Made by a program: the position numbers and the translations under genes. Under the pieces are notes generated by a model. The model did no database searches. It worked only from the letters and a program-made list of their open reading frames with translations, and was not told the DNA's origin. DNA of 64,000 nucleotides from Octopus sinensis (lineage: Eukaryota), in the NCBI RefSeq assembly GCF_006345805.1, contig NC_043017.1, positions 26,722,001-26,786,000 of the forward strand. Reading direction: 5' to 3'. This document shows, in pieces, positions 12,315-26,327 of the stretch. Numbering within the stretch: the stretch's first letter is position 1; the number at the start of each line of letters is the position of its first letter.

Positions 12315-12380
12315 CAGATATATTTAAGTAGAGAGAGATACACGAGAGAGACAGACGAGAGAGAGAGAGCATGAGAGAGA
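12010..12380. repeat. Compound (CCAT)/(CATA)/(TA)/(GA) microsatellite
   Basis: Direct inspection. Confidence 0.9.
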
Positions 12381-12959
12381 GAGAGAAGTACATAAATGTA
12401 GACACATTTATATGTAGGAAAATATAAGTATAGTAACTACAGAAAGATATTCACAAAAAAATTACGTTGTAATTTACACCGACTTGCAAAATATGAAAGA
12501 ATATTTAGATTAGCGGAGATATTTTTACTCTGTTACCTAACGTTAGAATAAACAATGGAAGAAAAAAAAACATTATAGTCAACTAGAAGATACAGCGTAA
12601 AATCTAGCGTCGTTGTTAAATATTTGAATAATGATAATTTTGCATGCGATAAACAAATGCATTTTCAACATAAAAAAACCTGTGTACTCCGAAAATTCTC
12701 CAGAGTTTGCTAGTTTGCATGCTTTGCACTATGGTGCTTTAAATCAATGTTTTCTGGAAAAGAAAAGACAAATGAAACACAAACAAAAATATGTATTGAA
12801 AGAATAAGCAAAGATAAATCTCTTTAGAGAAATCTAAACAAACACTCGTATATACATGCACTTATTTTAATGCAAAACTGTCATGTTTTGATATTTTTCT
12901 ATTCACACACATACCCATATATCTCTTAGAATTCTCTCACTCTCTCTCTCCGCCCCTAT

Positions 12960-12988
12960 CTGTCTACCTACCTACCTATCTATCTATT

Positions 12989-13049
<61 letters not shown>

Positions 13050-13280
13050 GTCTTTGCGTTGATATATGTATGTATGGAGGTATGTATGTTTGCATCTATC
13101 TGTCAATCTATGTATGTATGCATCTATCTTCCATTCTGTCTATCGATGTGTACATGTACATACGTATGCTTCTGTCTATCTATCTGCCTATCTATCTATC
13201 TATCTATCTATATATCTATCTATCTATCTATTTATCTATCTATCTATCTACATATCTACATATCTATCTACCTATATACA

Positions 13281-13334
<54 letters not shown>

Positions 13335-13412
13335 CTCTATCTCTCTATCTATCTATCTATCTATCTATATATCTATCTTTCTAACTATCTATCTATCTAT
13401 CTTCTCTATCTA

Positions 13413-13445
<33 letters not shown>

Positions 13446-13469
13446 CTGTCTGTCTGCCTGTCTATCTGT

Positions 13470-13541
<72 letters not shown>

Positions 13542-13555
13542 TTGTTTATCTATAT
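12960..13555. repeat. Long (CTAT)n tetranucleotide array
   Basis: About 600 bp of interrupted CTAT; source of the YLSI-repeat ORFs. Confidence 0.95.
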
Positions 13556-13883
13556 ATCAGGAAACAACCGGATATCAGAAAACAAATTTATCTTAGAAGA
13601 CAAACGTAAGCGGATGAACGGTTAAAGAATTTCAAACATACATTTGTAGATAACGTTACTCGGATATTCGTGTACATAAGTGGTGGGATTCTGGCTCTCC
13701 TGCCCTCAATTCTTCACCAGCAAGGCTTACCGAGCGAATAATTCAAAACACCTCACATCTGAATTCTTTCTGCGTTCCGATTACTTTTGCGCCGGAAACA
13801 GATGTGCCTCGATGTAAATATATATACTAATAATAAGTAGAATATTCAGATTTGAATATTCATAAACTTATCCATATTGCTAA

Positions 13884-14278
13884 TCTTTATATATAAAAGT
13901 GAGGTTGTGTGCTGTCTGTCTCCTACGATTTAAATTCCTAACTACTCCCACATTTTGCGGTGCAGTTTAACCAAAACCGGGTATCTTATAGTCGTGATTC
14001 ATATCGAGCTCTTCTGGGTACTAGCGCGCGTCTACGATGAGTCTACGATTTCAAAAAAATTACCATCAATTTTTCATATTTTTTATGCATTTTTGGCATA
14101 TATAAGGGAAGTAACTCTTTAAAAATTTATTATTATATCTCAGAACGTAAAAAGCTACAGCAAACCCCCACCCTTTGTGGTTAGCCATATTGGGATGGCT
14201 ATTATACTTTACATCTCTAAAAATGCTTATAGAGTTATTACCTTTACAAACCCGAGCAACGCCGGGCGATACTACTAG
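13884..14278 (+). mobile_element. Non-autonomous Helitron
   Basis: 5' end TC (a|tctttatatataaaagtgaggttgtg). 3' hairpin cccgagcaacgccggg followed by CTAG. Inserted between A and T with no TSD. Confidence 0.85.
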
Positions 14279-14845
14279 TATTATCTATGGTAAACATAAG
14301 TAATTGATAATATCAGAAACATTGTTGTTGATATTTTTCTGTTTTAGTTGGGGTGTTAACTCCTATTTCTAACGAGCGTGGGGTATGAACGATCTGATGC
14401 TTAACTCTAATTTCAAATATTATAGCTATTTACTGTTATTCAATTCCTGATAACCACCCATATCATTCTTGCTGATATTATGGATTACCTATAGTTACTG
14501 TAGATAATATTACCAATCGTGATATCTTTATGAATATTGATATCTGAATATTCTACACATTATTAATATAAATATTTGCACTGCTTTCGGCGCCAAACAA
14601 ATGAGAACGCAGACATAATTCAGACGTGACGTGTTTTGAATTTTTCTCTCGGTAAGTCGTGCTGATGAGGAATTGAGACCCAGAGGGAGAGAGTTCCGTT
14701 ACTTAGGTGCACGAATATCCGAGTAACTTTATCTACAAAGGTATGTTTTAGATTCTTTAACCGTTCACCCACCTACATTATTTCTGTTTACGTTATAACG
14801 GGTGTGGCGTATTTAAGTTCGTATGTTTAATACTAATTACACCCC

Positions 14846-14885
<40 letters not shown>

Positions 14886-15235
14886 CACATGTTCGATGCA
14901 TGTTTAAATATATACATGTACGTATGTCAGTTTGAATGAATATATTTATGAATGTATATATATATATAACGTATAAAATAAGGGCAAAAGAAAATTTCTA
15001 ATGCCAAAAATGCTGAAGAATAAACAAAATTGTTAATAACCATTATAATTTATGAATTATCATAAATTATAATGATTATTGACAATTTTGTCTTTTTTTC
15101 GACATATTTGGCATTAGAATTTTGCTTTTGTCCTTATTTTATAAGTTTTTTATAAATTTAACCTTTAAAGGTATTTTTTGATATGCTGGCCATTGATAAT
15201 TTTTTTTTTCGAAAACAATTTTCTCCTACATTAGT

Positions 15236-15281
<46 letters not shown>

Positions 15282-15854
15282 AGGCATAAAGGCAGAGACA
15301 TAACACATATATTGTTAAAAATTAAATAGTCAGAAGGAGACAGATAGGGAGAGAAAAAGGGAGAGGAAAGGAGAGAGAAACATCGAGAAGAAGAAACTGA
15401 GTGTCAATAACTATATTAATATACATGCCAAATATATATATTTGCGTTTTATATTAATTCGCGTTATGTAATAGTCTGGAATCTGACATGCAGGAAAATA
15501 TATGAGGCAACTGCTTCATGCGCATGTGCTAAGAATGCAAACGATAGAGTAGACACACGAGAAAAAAAAGTGAAGTTTATCTGTAGAAAAGTTATTGTGA
15601 TGGAGGCTACAACAGTGGAACTGGTGATAACGGTGGAGATATATTCATCGTTCAGTATGCTGATGATGATGATGAGGACGTTGACGAAGATCATATGATG
15701 TTAATGATGATGTTAACGATAGTTAGCAGTAGTCCCTATGTGCATGCCTATCTAATTGACATTGTATTTACACAGTATTAACGATATAGAAAACATACAT
15801 AGATATTAGATGTATTTATTCATAATTAACTTTCGATGCGTACAAACGTCGGTT

Positions 15855-15881
15855 ACTGCAACAATTACTGCAGCTACTATA

Positions 15882-15930
<49 letters not shown>

Positions 15931-16032
15931 TTACTACTTCTGCTGCTGCTGCTACTACTACTACTACTACTTCTACGACGACGACTATTAATTATAATAA
16001 TGTTTGTAGTAATAATAATAATAATGATGATG

Positions 16033-16064
<32 letters not shown>

Positions 16065-16140
16065 GATGACGATGATAACGATGATGACGATGACGACGAC
16101 GACGACGACGACGATGATGATGATGATGATGATGATGAAA
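15855..16140. repeat. Compound trinucleotide array (ACT)(AAT)(GAT)(GAC)
   Basis: Direct inspection. Confidence 0.95.
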
Positions 16141-16470
16141 TAATATTGTGTCTTCTGCGCTTCGATAAAATTATTACATGATCTTTCTTTTGCGATTATT
16201 GTTTGTTTTACTTCCTTTTCGTTTATTTCCCTCTTCATCATATAAAATTTTTACATCCACCATTTCCTCTCTACAGTTTTCGACGACTTAGTTATTTCCC
16301 TTCACTTCTATTTAGGAATATTTCCATGTATTTTTTTTCTTACAGTTTGTACAGGTGTTCTTCATATAGAGCGACCGCTACCGTCGTCAAAGTAGCATTC
16401 TTCCCTTGCGTTGATTAAATAATAATTCTTCGATGCACTGATGTAGTTTCCATACAAAAGACCAAGAGAC

Positions 16471-16623
<153 letters not shown>

Positions 16624-16653
16624 AATCATAAAACATGTATAATATATATTAAG

Positions 16654-16685
<32 letters not shown>

Positions 16686-17530
16686 GAAGCGTATTGATTG
16701 ATGGACATGCAGGTAGGCGGAAAGATAATTTGATAAACAGAAAGAAAGGTATGCAAATAAATGGATAGATTTTCGAATGGTAATTTTTTTCTTTTTCCAA
16801 GTTTATATTCTGCTGACGTATGTAGCCATATTAGTGACTGCCATTAGTTGTTCGGTGATGTTTCTTATTGCTATACGCTTATTTATGCGGATGCATTGTA
16901 CATATTAAAGTCTACTTAATCTGTTGGATTTTCAGTTCAATTATCTGAATCCGAAGGTGGAAACGCTTGAGAAATCTCTTAACATTTCAGATTTAATGGT
17001 TACTAAATTACATGTCCTCCAGCCAAAAAGCTACATATATATATGTTTTAAACAGAAAATTGAGTAACGTGTGGAAATGTAAATATGCATGCGTATTGCA
17101 TGAGTAGTATATCGAAATCTGTACTACATGGAGAATACTAAGTATGCGAATGTTGGTTGTGTTTAACATTTCAGATATTTAAATGGAGTGAATTCTTATC
17201 AAATTTGTAATTGCTTCCGTATTAAGTGATTTCGTGTATAATGGATATACTTATACAAAGAATTTGATTTAAAATTGAAGGTATGGAAGCAGAAAAGGGT
17301 CTTCAATGCTGAAGGTAGCAGTCGGACATAGAACAACAAAAAATGGTCCCGTGGATTACGTAATATCATGTATAAATATTACAAATTTAAATACACCATT
17401 GTTCCTCTGTGTAGGTATGTATGTTTGCTTATTAAACTATCTATATTACTATGCACATGTAAGTTTAAACACGTATATGTGTAACTATGCATATATATAT
17501 TTATATATGTATATATATATATATATATAT

Positions 17531-17930
17531 ACTCTTTTACTCTTTTACATGTTTCAGTCATGTGACTGCGGCCATGCTGGGGCACCGCCTGTAGTCGAGC
17601 AAATCGACCCCGGGACTTATTGTTTGTAAGCCCAGTACTTATTCTATCGGTCTGTTTTGCCGAACCGCTAGGTGACGGGGACGTAAACACACCAGCATCG
17701 GTTGTCAATCAATGCTAGGGGGAGAAACACACACACATACACATATATACATATATATACATATATACGACAGGCTTCTTTCAATTTCCGTCTACCAAAT
17801 CCACTCACAAGGCATTGGTCGGCCCGGGGCTATAGCAGAAGACACTTGCCCAAGATGCCACGCTCTTGGACTGAACCAGGAACCATGTGGTTGGTTAGCA
17901 AGCTACCTACCACACAGCCACTCCTGCGCC
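17531..17930 (-). mobile_element. SINE family 1 (tRNA-headed, internal TA/TG microsatellite), full length
   Basis: Head ggcgcaggagtggctgtgtggt with A-box and B-box-like ggttcagtcc, CORE-like cttgggcaagtgtc, tail gactgaaacatgtaaaagagtaaaagag. Resembles octopus tRNA-derived SINEs. Confidence 0.9.
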
Positions 17931-17936
17931 TATATA

Positions 17937-18007
<71 letters not shown>

Positions 18008-18299
18008 CTTAAACAGTATTTAGTAATTGCGAGTGGAGATAGCGTTCATCACTAGCTGATGATTGTTTCACACTGACGACGGATTAAAGTCAGAAACCTA
18101 TGTCTTTGTGTATTCACGTAAGACTAGAGAAGGGAGCTATTAACACCCTTGCTAATGGTATATAGAGACACATGTGTGTCGTTAGCGATCCAGAAAAAAT
18201 GTTTTCCTCGGGCTAAAACAGCAGTAACACCGTCCTTTACAGGAATGCCATGATATTTGGCATATAAACATTAATATATATATATATATATATATATGT

Positions 18300-18596
18300 G
18301 GATGCGCAATGGCCTAGTGGTTAGGGCAGCAGATCGCGGTCGCAGGATCGCGGTTTCGATTCCCAGACCGGGCCTTGTGTTTGTTTATTGAGCGAAAACA
18401 CCTAAAAGTTCCACGACTCCGGCAGGGAGGGGGGTGACCCCTGCTGTACTATTTCACCACTCTTTCTCTCACTTTTCTTCTGTTGGCCTACTCGCTTAGC
18501 GAGCGGGGTGACGTCATTCGAAGTCTAAAACAATGCGAACGCATTGTGACCAGCGATGTGTAACAACACCTGATGGTCTGGTCGGTGACGTGATAG

Positions 18597-18604
<8 letters not shown>
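18300..18604 (+). mobile_element. SINE family 2 head and body with an alternative 3' tail
   Basis: 18300-18478 matches the 49216 and 60393 copies. 18481-18604 is unrelated to their tail and ends in gtgacgtgata repeats. Confidence 0.8.
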
Positions 18605-18638
<34 letters not shown>

Positions 18639-18676
18639 GTGTGTGTGTGTGTGTGTGTGTTGTGTGTGTGTGTGTT

Positions 18677-18985
18677 GAGGCACAAGGGCTAGTGATTACA
18701 GCAGCCGACTCGTGGTTGAGGCCTTGCGGGTTCGAATCTCAGACCCTTCGATGTGTGTGTTTATGAGAGAATCACCTTAGCTCCACGCGGCTCTGGCAGA
18801 AGGTAATGGCGATCTTCTGTTTATTGTTTCGCCACATCTTTCTCTCGCTCTTCCCTCCTGCATCTAGCAGGTCACCGGCAACTGAGCGGCGTCACGTCCT
18901 GGTTGGGATAATGTACCTCAATGAAACTGGGGGAAATGGCTCTTATGAGCCAGGCAGGCATGGCTGGAGAAGGAACAAACAACAT
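18677..18985 (+). mobile_element. Older tRNA-headed SINE related to family 2
   Basis: gctagtgatta..gggttcgaatctc A/B boxes, followed by a ttagctccacgcggctctggcag body similar to family 2. Confidence 0.6.
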
Positions 18986-19621
18986 ACAGAAGTTCGTTTG
19001 CGACCACGTGGATTTTGAGTTCAGTCTAACTGCGTGGCATCTCGGGAAGGTATAATTTACAATTTTTCCTGTGCGACGAGAGCCTTGTTAATACTCGTCC
19101 CCCGTACCGCATGGCCACAAGTGTAGTTTTTTAACGTCTCTATTACATAATAATTAGGCAAAAGCGATTGTTAGATAGTACTGCAAAGAAAATTGAATAA
19201 CAATTCGACCTTTTCGACTGAATCTATTCAAGATGTGCCCCGACAAACGCGCGGACAAATGACTGAAACAAAATATAAAAAGAGAACTCAGTCACCTTAA
19301 CATCTCTTTATCGATATACAGAGTAACCTGCATATATAGTATTATTTAGATTAATACTGTAGATGACTGCGGGTATCTATTTAATATTTTCTTGTCGTAC
19401 ACCGGCCTCTTTATTTGATATATTAGTCAAATATCTTTCATACTTTTCTGTCTTTCAGGGCTGGCGATATACACGGATGAATTGATCATCAAATGAATTG
19501 ATCAGGGAACTGATACAAATACTTTAATTTCTGGCAAGTTACATAATGTCAGGTGGCGCTTTGAAAACAGAGGACTGTCAAAATCTACAAAATGAGAACT
19601 TAAAAAGGAAGCTACTTATTT

Positions 19622-19835
19622 TGTCGCACCAGAAAATAAAAGTGGAATTGAAATAATGTCGTACCCCAAAACAAAGATGGATGGTAAATATTTGTCGTAT
19701 CACAAAACAAAGATGGAAGGTAAATATTTGTCGTACCAGAAAGCAAAAGTGGAAGTGAAATAATGTCGTACCAGGAAACAAAGATGCAAGGTAAATATTT
19801 GTCGTACCAGAAAGCAAAAATCAACATTAAATATT
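19622..19835 (+). repeat. 35/36-bp minisatellite, 6 units of two subtypes
   Basis: Units start tgtcg at 19622, 19657, 19693, 19729, 19764 and 19800. Confidence 0.9.
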
Positions 19836-20276
19836 TATCGCAGAGCACTGTAACGGAATAAAATATACTATAAAACATAGTTTTACGCTTTGACATATTT
19901 TCCAATTCACAGTTTTATCTCAGGAAGGCCTGGACCCGAAATTTGACATACGCTTTGTTGATCTGAAAATGACAAAATTCAGCCATGTTTGATCCCAGTG
20001 TAGAAGTATTTTCAGATAACGCAGCTACCGTTTCCATATAACACTTTAAAATAAAAGAAAGATTACATAAAAGAAAGATTACATCGTGTGTACAGTCCAT
20101 TGTATACAATTCTGTAATTTAGTGCTACTTAAATTAACGACGTCAGAAGAACGAAAACAATGCTCTCCTCGGCTGGAAGCGCAATTTGAAATCGAATTTT
20201 AAACTTACGTAATTATATTACGTAACATATTCAATTTGTTGCCCAACTATTTTTGACACTTTACTGTAATGCTTGC

Positions 20277-20309
<33 letters not shown>

Positions 20310-20345
20310 TATTATTATTATGATTATTATTATTATTATTATTAT
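20277..20345. repeat. (AAT)n joined directly to (ATT)n (palindromic microsatellite)
   Basis: The orientation flips at about 20309. Confidence 0.9.
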
Positions 20346-20604
20346 TTATCCTCGTTTGCCTTCCTGTTCTATACGTCTACATACACTGTTTTTGAATGGC
20401 GTCCAATTAGAAATGCTGTGATTGTAAAAATACATTGTTTGGTATATTTCCAAATGTCTCTGCAGAGAAACACAACATGTTCCGAAGTATTGATTGTGAA
20501 TTCCATTTAGACTAAAGTAGCAATCTTTGTGAGTTTACAGTTAATTGGTCCAAAATATTGGAACGATTTCACCCTGGATTCTCTTGCTAAATATTGTTAT
20601 TGCA

Positions 20605-20737
20605 TAACGTCGTCATCGTCTTCTTCTTCTTCTTCTTCTTCTTCTTCAGCTTCCTTTATTATTGTTGTTGTTTTGGTGTTGGCATTGCTGGTGATTTGGT
20701 ATTATTATCGTTATTATTATTACTATTATTATTATTG

Positions 20738-20771
<34 letters not shown>

Positions 20772-20813
20772 TATCATTATTATCATTATTATTATTAGTA
20801 GTAGTAGTAGTAA

Positions 20814-20870
<57 letters not shown>

Positions 20871-21016
20871 CAATAGCAGTAGCAGCAACAAAGCAGTGGC
20901 AGCAATAGTATTGGTGACAGTAGTATTAGTAGTAATAATAGTAGTAACGTCATCAACAGCATCCTCAAAACAGTGGCAGCAATAGTGATAGTATTAGTAG
21001 CAGTAGTAGTAGTAGT

Positions 21017-21067
<51 letters not shown>

Positions 21068-21112
21068 CAGTAGAAGCAGTAGTAGTAGTAACAGCAGCAG
21101 AAGTAGTAGTAG

Positions 21113-21186
<74 letters not shown>

Positions 21187-21210
21187 TAGTAGTAGTAGCA
21201 GCAGTAGTAG
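20605..21210. repeat. Compound trinucleotide array (TTC)(TTG)(TTA)(TCA)(GTA)(GCA)
   Basis: Direct inspection; source of the poly-L/S/V/Y ORFs. Confidence 0.95.
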
Positions 21211-21878
21211 TATTAGAAATATATTGCTTATATTGCTCTCGTCGTTTACTATGATGCTGATGGATGTTACTGCTGTGAAGGTTATTCTATTGTTGTTTGA
21301 TATTCTTACAGCGACGTTTGCAATACCATCAGACGTTATGTACTGAGAAGATTACGTACACAAGACCCCCTTTTTTTTCCCCTCTATTTTTCATAACAGT
21401 TAAATTCATTTGTATTTGTCATTTTAATACAGAAATAAGGAAGGTTATTAAAAGCCACTTAAGCAACGCAAGGTTGGATAAAAATATATAAAAGTTATTC
21501 AATCATTTTAACAAGCCTTAATCTCGTATGGAAATATCTCTAATGGGAATAGGTAAGCATCAAACACCATTACGAAGGCCGTGACATGTGCAGAGATGCG
21601 TAATAATATTAAGGATGTCTAAATTCATATATTCGAATCATGCAATAACGTATTACATCTTCATGATCAGGAAAAATTCGCATTTCGCGGAGAGAAAAAC
21701 AACCTGAATTTACAATATGGCGCTTTGTATAAGAGGAAATGGATTTTAAATCTGGGCATCAGGTCCTTTTACGCCGTACGGCACGGAAAATTGCCGTTCA
21801 GTTCATGACAGTTACCGTTCTGACAATACATCTAGAGTGAAACCTATAACGGGGTAACTGCAATTGCTGGTAAACGTA

Positions 21879-22040
21879 GCGTAAATCCTCGAGTATAGTC
21901 CACCCTTGAGTATAATACGCAGGGGTTTTTTGGGGTTTGTAACTCTGAAAAACCTAAAGCTTGTGTATAATACGCACCCCTTTGCTAACTTGAATCAAGG
22001 ATGTCTATGTAACGACCTTGGTTTCTAAAAATGTATACGG
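21879..22040. mobile_element. pogo/Tigger-like MITE remnant
   Basis: TA-flanked (ta|gcgtaaatcc ... gtatacgg|ta) with internal repeats gagtataatacgca and gtgtataatacgcaccc. Family call comes from recalled TIR style. Confidence 0.45.
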
Positions 22041-22189
22041 TAACGTACTTTATGATTGTTGTATATATAACATAATGCAAACGTGTAGCTTTTTTGTGCA
22101 TTTTGTTTGCATAAAAGAAAGAAATAACAGTAATAACAGTAATAATGTTTAATAAATTATGCTTACTGCAAGTTATGAAAGTATCCATA

Positions 22190-22210
22190 CATCTATCCAT
22201 CTGCCTATCC

Positions 22211-22294
<84 letters not shown>

Positions 22295-22326
22295 GTCTAT
22301 CTATCTATCCATCCACCCATCTATCC

Positions 22327-22380
<54 letters not shown>

Positions 22381-22440
22381 ATGTCTATCTATCTATCTAT
22401 CTATCTATCTATCATCTATCTGTCTGTCTATCTATCTCTC
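22190..22440. repeat. (CTAT)n array
   Basis: Direct inspection. Confidence 0.95.
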
Positions 22441-22939
22441 CGTCTGTCGTCATGGCTGTCCCTGTTTGTGAATGTGTGCATATGTGTAGAGAAAGATATT
22501 GAAATCAGTGTCGTGTTTCAGGTGTATGACGGAAACTGCTATTTCATTAACGAAAGAGAAAATATCAAGCTAATATATGAATATGGCACGTAACGCTAAC
22601 ATTCCTAAGACACATCAAACAAAAATATTTCCCAAAATTGTCATAGTTAAAGCAAACATACAATTTTACAATCTCAACCATGAACAACGAAACACACACA
22701 CACACACACACACGAAGAAACAGATAAACGTACGTTTCATATTGTTTATTAGGAGGTTGCGTAATTCCAAGTATAGCAACACGTGAAACCAATGAAATGT
22801 TTATTGGATGTTGTTTCTTTTAAGTTTTGAATTGGGGAAGCAAAATCATCGCTGATGTACAAAATTTATTAAATTGCAATAACGAATGCGTGTTACTTCG
22901 GAATCTATCAGCTCAAGACACACACGCACACACACACAC

Positions 22940-22942
22940 ACA

Positions 22943-22994
<52 letters not shown>

Positions 22995-22995
22995 C

Positions 22996-23040
<45 letters not shown>

Positions 23041-23055
23041 CATACATATAATATA

Positions 23056-23094
<39 letters not shown>

Positions 23095-23101
23095 CATACA
23101 T

Positions 23102-23150
<49 letters not shown>

Positions 23151-23169
23151 CATATATATATTATGTATG

Positions 23170-23219
<50 letters not shown>

Positions 23220-23260
23220 TAATATATATATACATATCATATTATAATGTATGTATATGT

Positions 23261-23310
<50 letters not shown>
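22940..23310. repeat. (TA)n array
   Basis: Direct inspection. Confidence 0.95.
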
Positions 23311-23470
23311 GTAGGGAGATTTCACGAAATAAAACAAAAGACGAAGACAGATGGTGCAGAAAACAAACAGATGTATTAGTATAACGCTCGGGAATTGAAA
23401 AAATATTTTTTGTTTCGAGCCTACGCTCATCTATAGAAAGAACACAGAAAGAAACAAGGAGAGAAAAAAA
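23311..23470 (-). mobile_element. Family F short element, degenerate hammerhead copy
   Basis: The reverse complement matches 27586-27753 (gagcgtaggctcgaaac, gagcgttatactaatacatctgtttg). The core 5' strand is decayed. Confidence 0.75.
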
Positions 23471-23589
23471 TTGTGATTACCGAACTATCATAGCGATATA
23501 CGTATGTATGTATTATATTTATATTATACATATATGTATATACTATCAATATATCTATATTTCTATCTATCTATCTATCTATCTATATT

Positions 23590-23627
<38 letters not shown>

Positions 23628-24489
23628 AATCTATCAATTTATCTATCTACCTTTCTAAACTCTTGTGCTTACGGCGTTACCCTGCTACCTTACTGTATTA
23701 CAATTCAAAGAGGAAAAGATAGAAGGAATAGAACTAATGAATAGTCATCCTGCCCACTAACGCAGATCCATTAAGTATAATAATCTGTCGAATGAACCAC
23801 TCTGCAGTAGCATAAACGGCTGGAAGCAAACTTTATTTCTTAATAATACGCGAACGGCTAACATTTCTGTAGAAGAGCAAATTTTGCATTATGACTGGAA
23901 ACTTTGTATCTCTTACACACATACACTCACACATACGAACGCCACAAACACTCCCAGTGGTGTTCATACTTCTTTACATATAAAATCATAGAACAACTAA
24001 TAAATTTTGCACAAAATATAATTGTTCGGATTTGCTCATCATTGTCATCGGCCTTGTAATATTCTCATCCATCTTTCGTGCAGAGATCTGCAAAATTTCA
24101 TCGAATACTATAAACCACATTTGAGACTGCAGTGTACACGTATAAAAGTTAGTAGTGGATATTTGAAAAACAAGGAAAAATTCATTTCTATGCTTCATTT
24201 AAAGTCTCAGATGAATTATTGTTTAGAAGCCAAACAAAACAGTATAGGAGAATTTAAGCGAAATAACATGACAGAAAAACGTTAACAATATTATGATCAA
24301 TACTACAAAAACAACAGTTAAAGGCAGATAGTGCTTGATATTTATTACAAGGTTTTGCAGACATCATAGCGGTCACGCTGTTTAGTAACGAATTGCGGTT
24401 TGTAGGATTGCCTAGAAATATATGAATATATACATACATACAAGCATATATAAATATTTATATCCATACACAGACACATGCACACGCCT

Positions 24490-24507
24490 ATATATATATA
24501 TATATAT

Positions 24508-24539
<32 letters not shown>

Positions 24540-24645
24540 AATATATATTATATATAATATATATACATATATATAATTACATATATACATATATACATAC
24601 ATATATATACACATATTACATATATACACACATATATTTATACAC

Positions 24646-24686
<41 letters not shown>

Positions 24687-24698
24687 GGTATATATATG

Positions 24699-24748
<50 letters not shown>

Positions 24749-24820
24749 ACATATATTTATATATATATATATATAATTATATATATATATATATAATATA
24801 TATATATATATGATATACAT
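24490..24820. repeat. (TA)n array
   Basis: Direct inspection. Confidence 0.95.
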
Positions 24821-24935
24821 ACACGAACATATATTTATGTATTTGTATATATATTTTGTGTACGAACATGTAAATCTGTATGTACTTCTACGTATATTTG
24901 TATATGTGTGTAGCTTTGGGTAGGTGTGCGACATA

Positions 24936-24982
<47 letters not shown>

Positions 24983-25389
24983 ACGGCTCTCTCAGACAAT
25001 GCATATACAAACAAAAAAAGACAAGCAAAACGCTTTGTCTTTCTTCACCGTCTTACAGTGACTATATTCGTCAGTTGAAACAATCGGACAGACCACACAC
25101 AACTAACCGTTTGCGAGCAACACAGCAGATCATAAGGCGCTCACATAGCCCCCTGGCCTCCACAGCCATTAATCATATCATATGCATCGTTATGATATAC
25201 ATCAATAGGATCTGATTTACTATACATGAAAGAATATTTTTTTGGCGTGTGGCTTTAGATCGAATTCAAAACATTTTACTGTGTTTCTTTAGTTTTGTCA
25301 CGGCGTGGCGACTACAAGAGTTTACCGTCGTCTCCTTTTTATCGAAAATCCTGAATAATGATATATACCAATAATACCTAAACACATAT

Positions 25390-25767
25390 ATATGTACATA
25401 ATTGGTTACATATATACATACCTGTATATATATATATGTATAAATTATATATATATATATTTTATATCTATATATATACATATATAATATATATATATAT
25501 TTACGTATATATATATATACACATATAGACCACATATATTATATATGTATATATATATATTATATATATTTACATATATATATATGTATATATATACAAC
25601 ACATATATACTTAAATACTAACAGATATATATATACATATATAATATAATATACATGTATATATATATATATTTATATAATATATATATTATATATATGT
25701 ATATATATATACACACATAGATACTTATTATTTCTACAGATATATATATATACATATATAATATAAT

Positions 25768-25805
<38 letters not shown>

Positions 25806-25830
25806 CCACACACACGTACATACATATATA
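25390..25830. repeat. Interrupted (TA)n array
   Basis: Direct inspection. Confidence 0.9.
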
Positions 25831-26327
25831 TGCGCACATAGATATGCATATAAATAATTTTTGGTTATATAGGTGCGTTTGTGTTTGTATTTGTGTGTGT
25901 GTTTCTGTATGTGTGTGTGTGTGAGTGTAAACTGAATTTCGTAAACCGGCGTGAGAAGCGGTTTTATCGATCGATATCTCTTCCACAAGAATTGTGAAAA
26001 TGAAAAAAAAGCAAGACAGTACTGTCTTCTGGAATTCCATAATTTCTTACACGTCATTATAAGGCTGTGCAAAGATAAAGAGTGGCCGAATGATAATCTC
26101 TATCATTTGTGAGTAAAAGAAGTTAGTGTCTAAACAGCCATTCGGGTTTTTCATTGCCTTGCATAGCATCTCTTACCAACGGCATTTAATCACACAAGCA
26201 TTATTCTATTCTGTGTGAAATATAGGTAACAGCTTGCATTATTCTGTATCTATGCTCTACTCTACAAATTGCTTGGTATAGAGAGCATATTACGCGTGAG
26301 AATAATTATAAATCTAACACTGTTAAC

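Noticed and set aside
14662-14701. CTGATGA-GGAATT..AGTTCC stem
   Set aside because: It is followed by GTTA rather than GAAA, and there is no stem I or III.
19622-19835. CRISPR-like periodicity
   Set aside because: Whole units are homologous with no unique spacers, the context is eukaryotic, and there are no cas genes.
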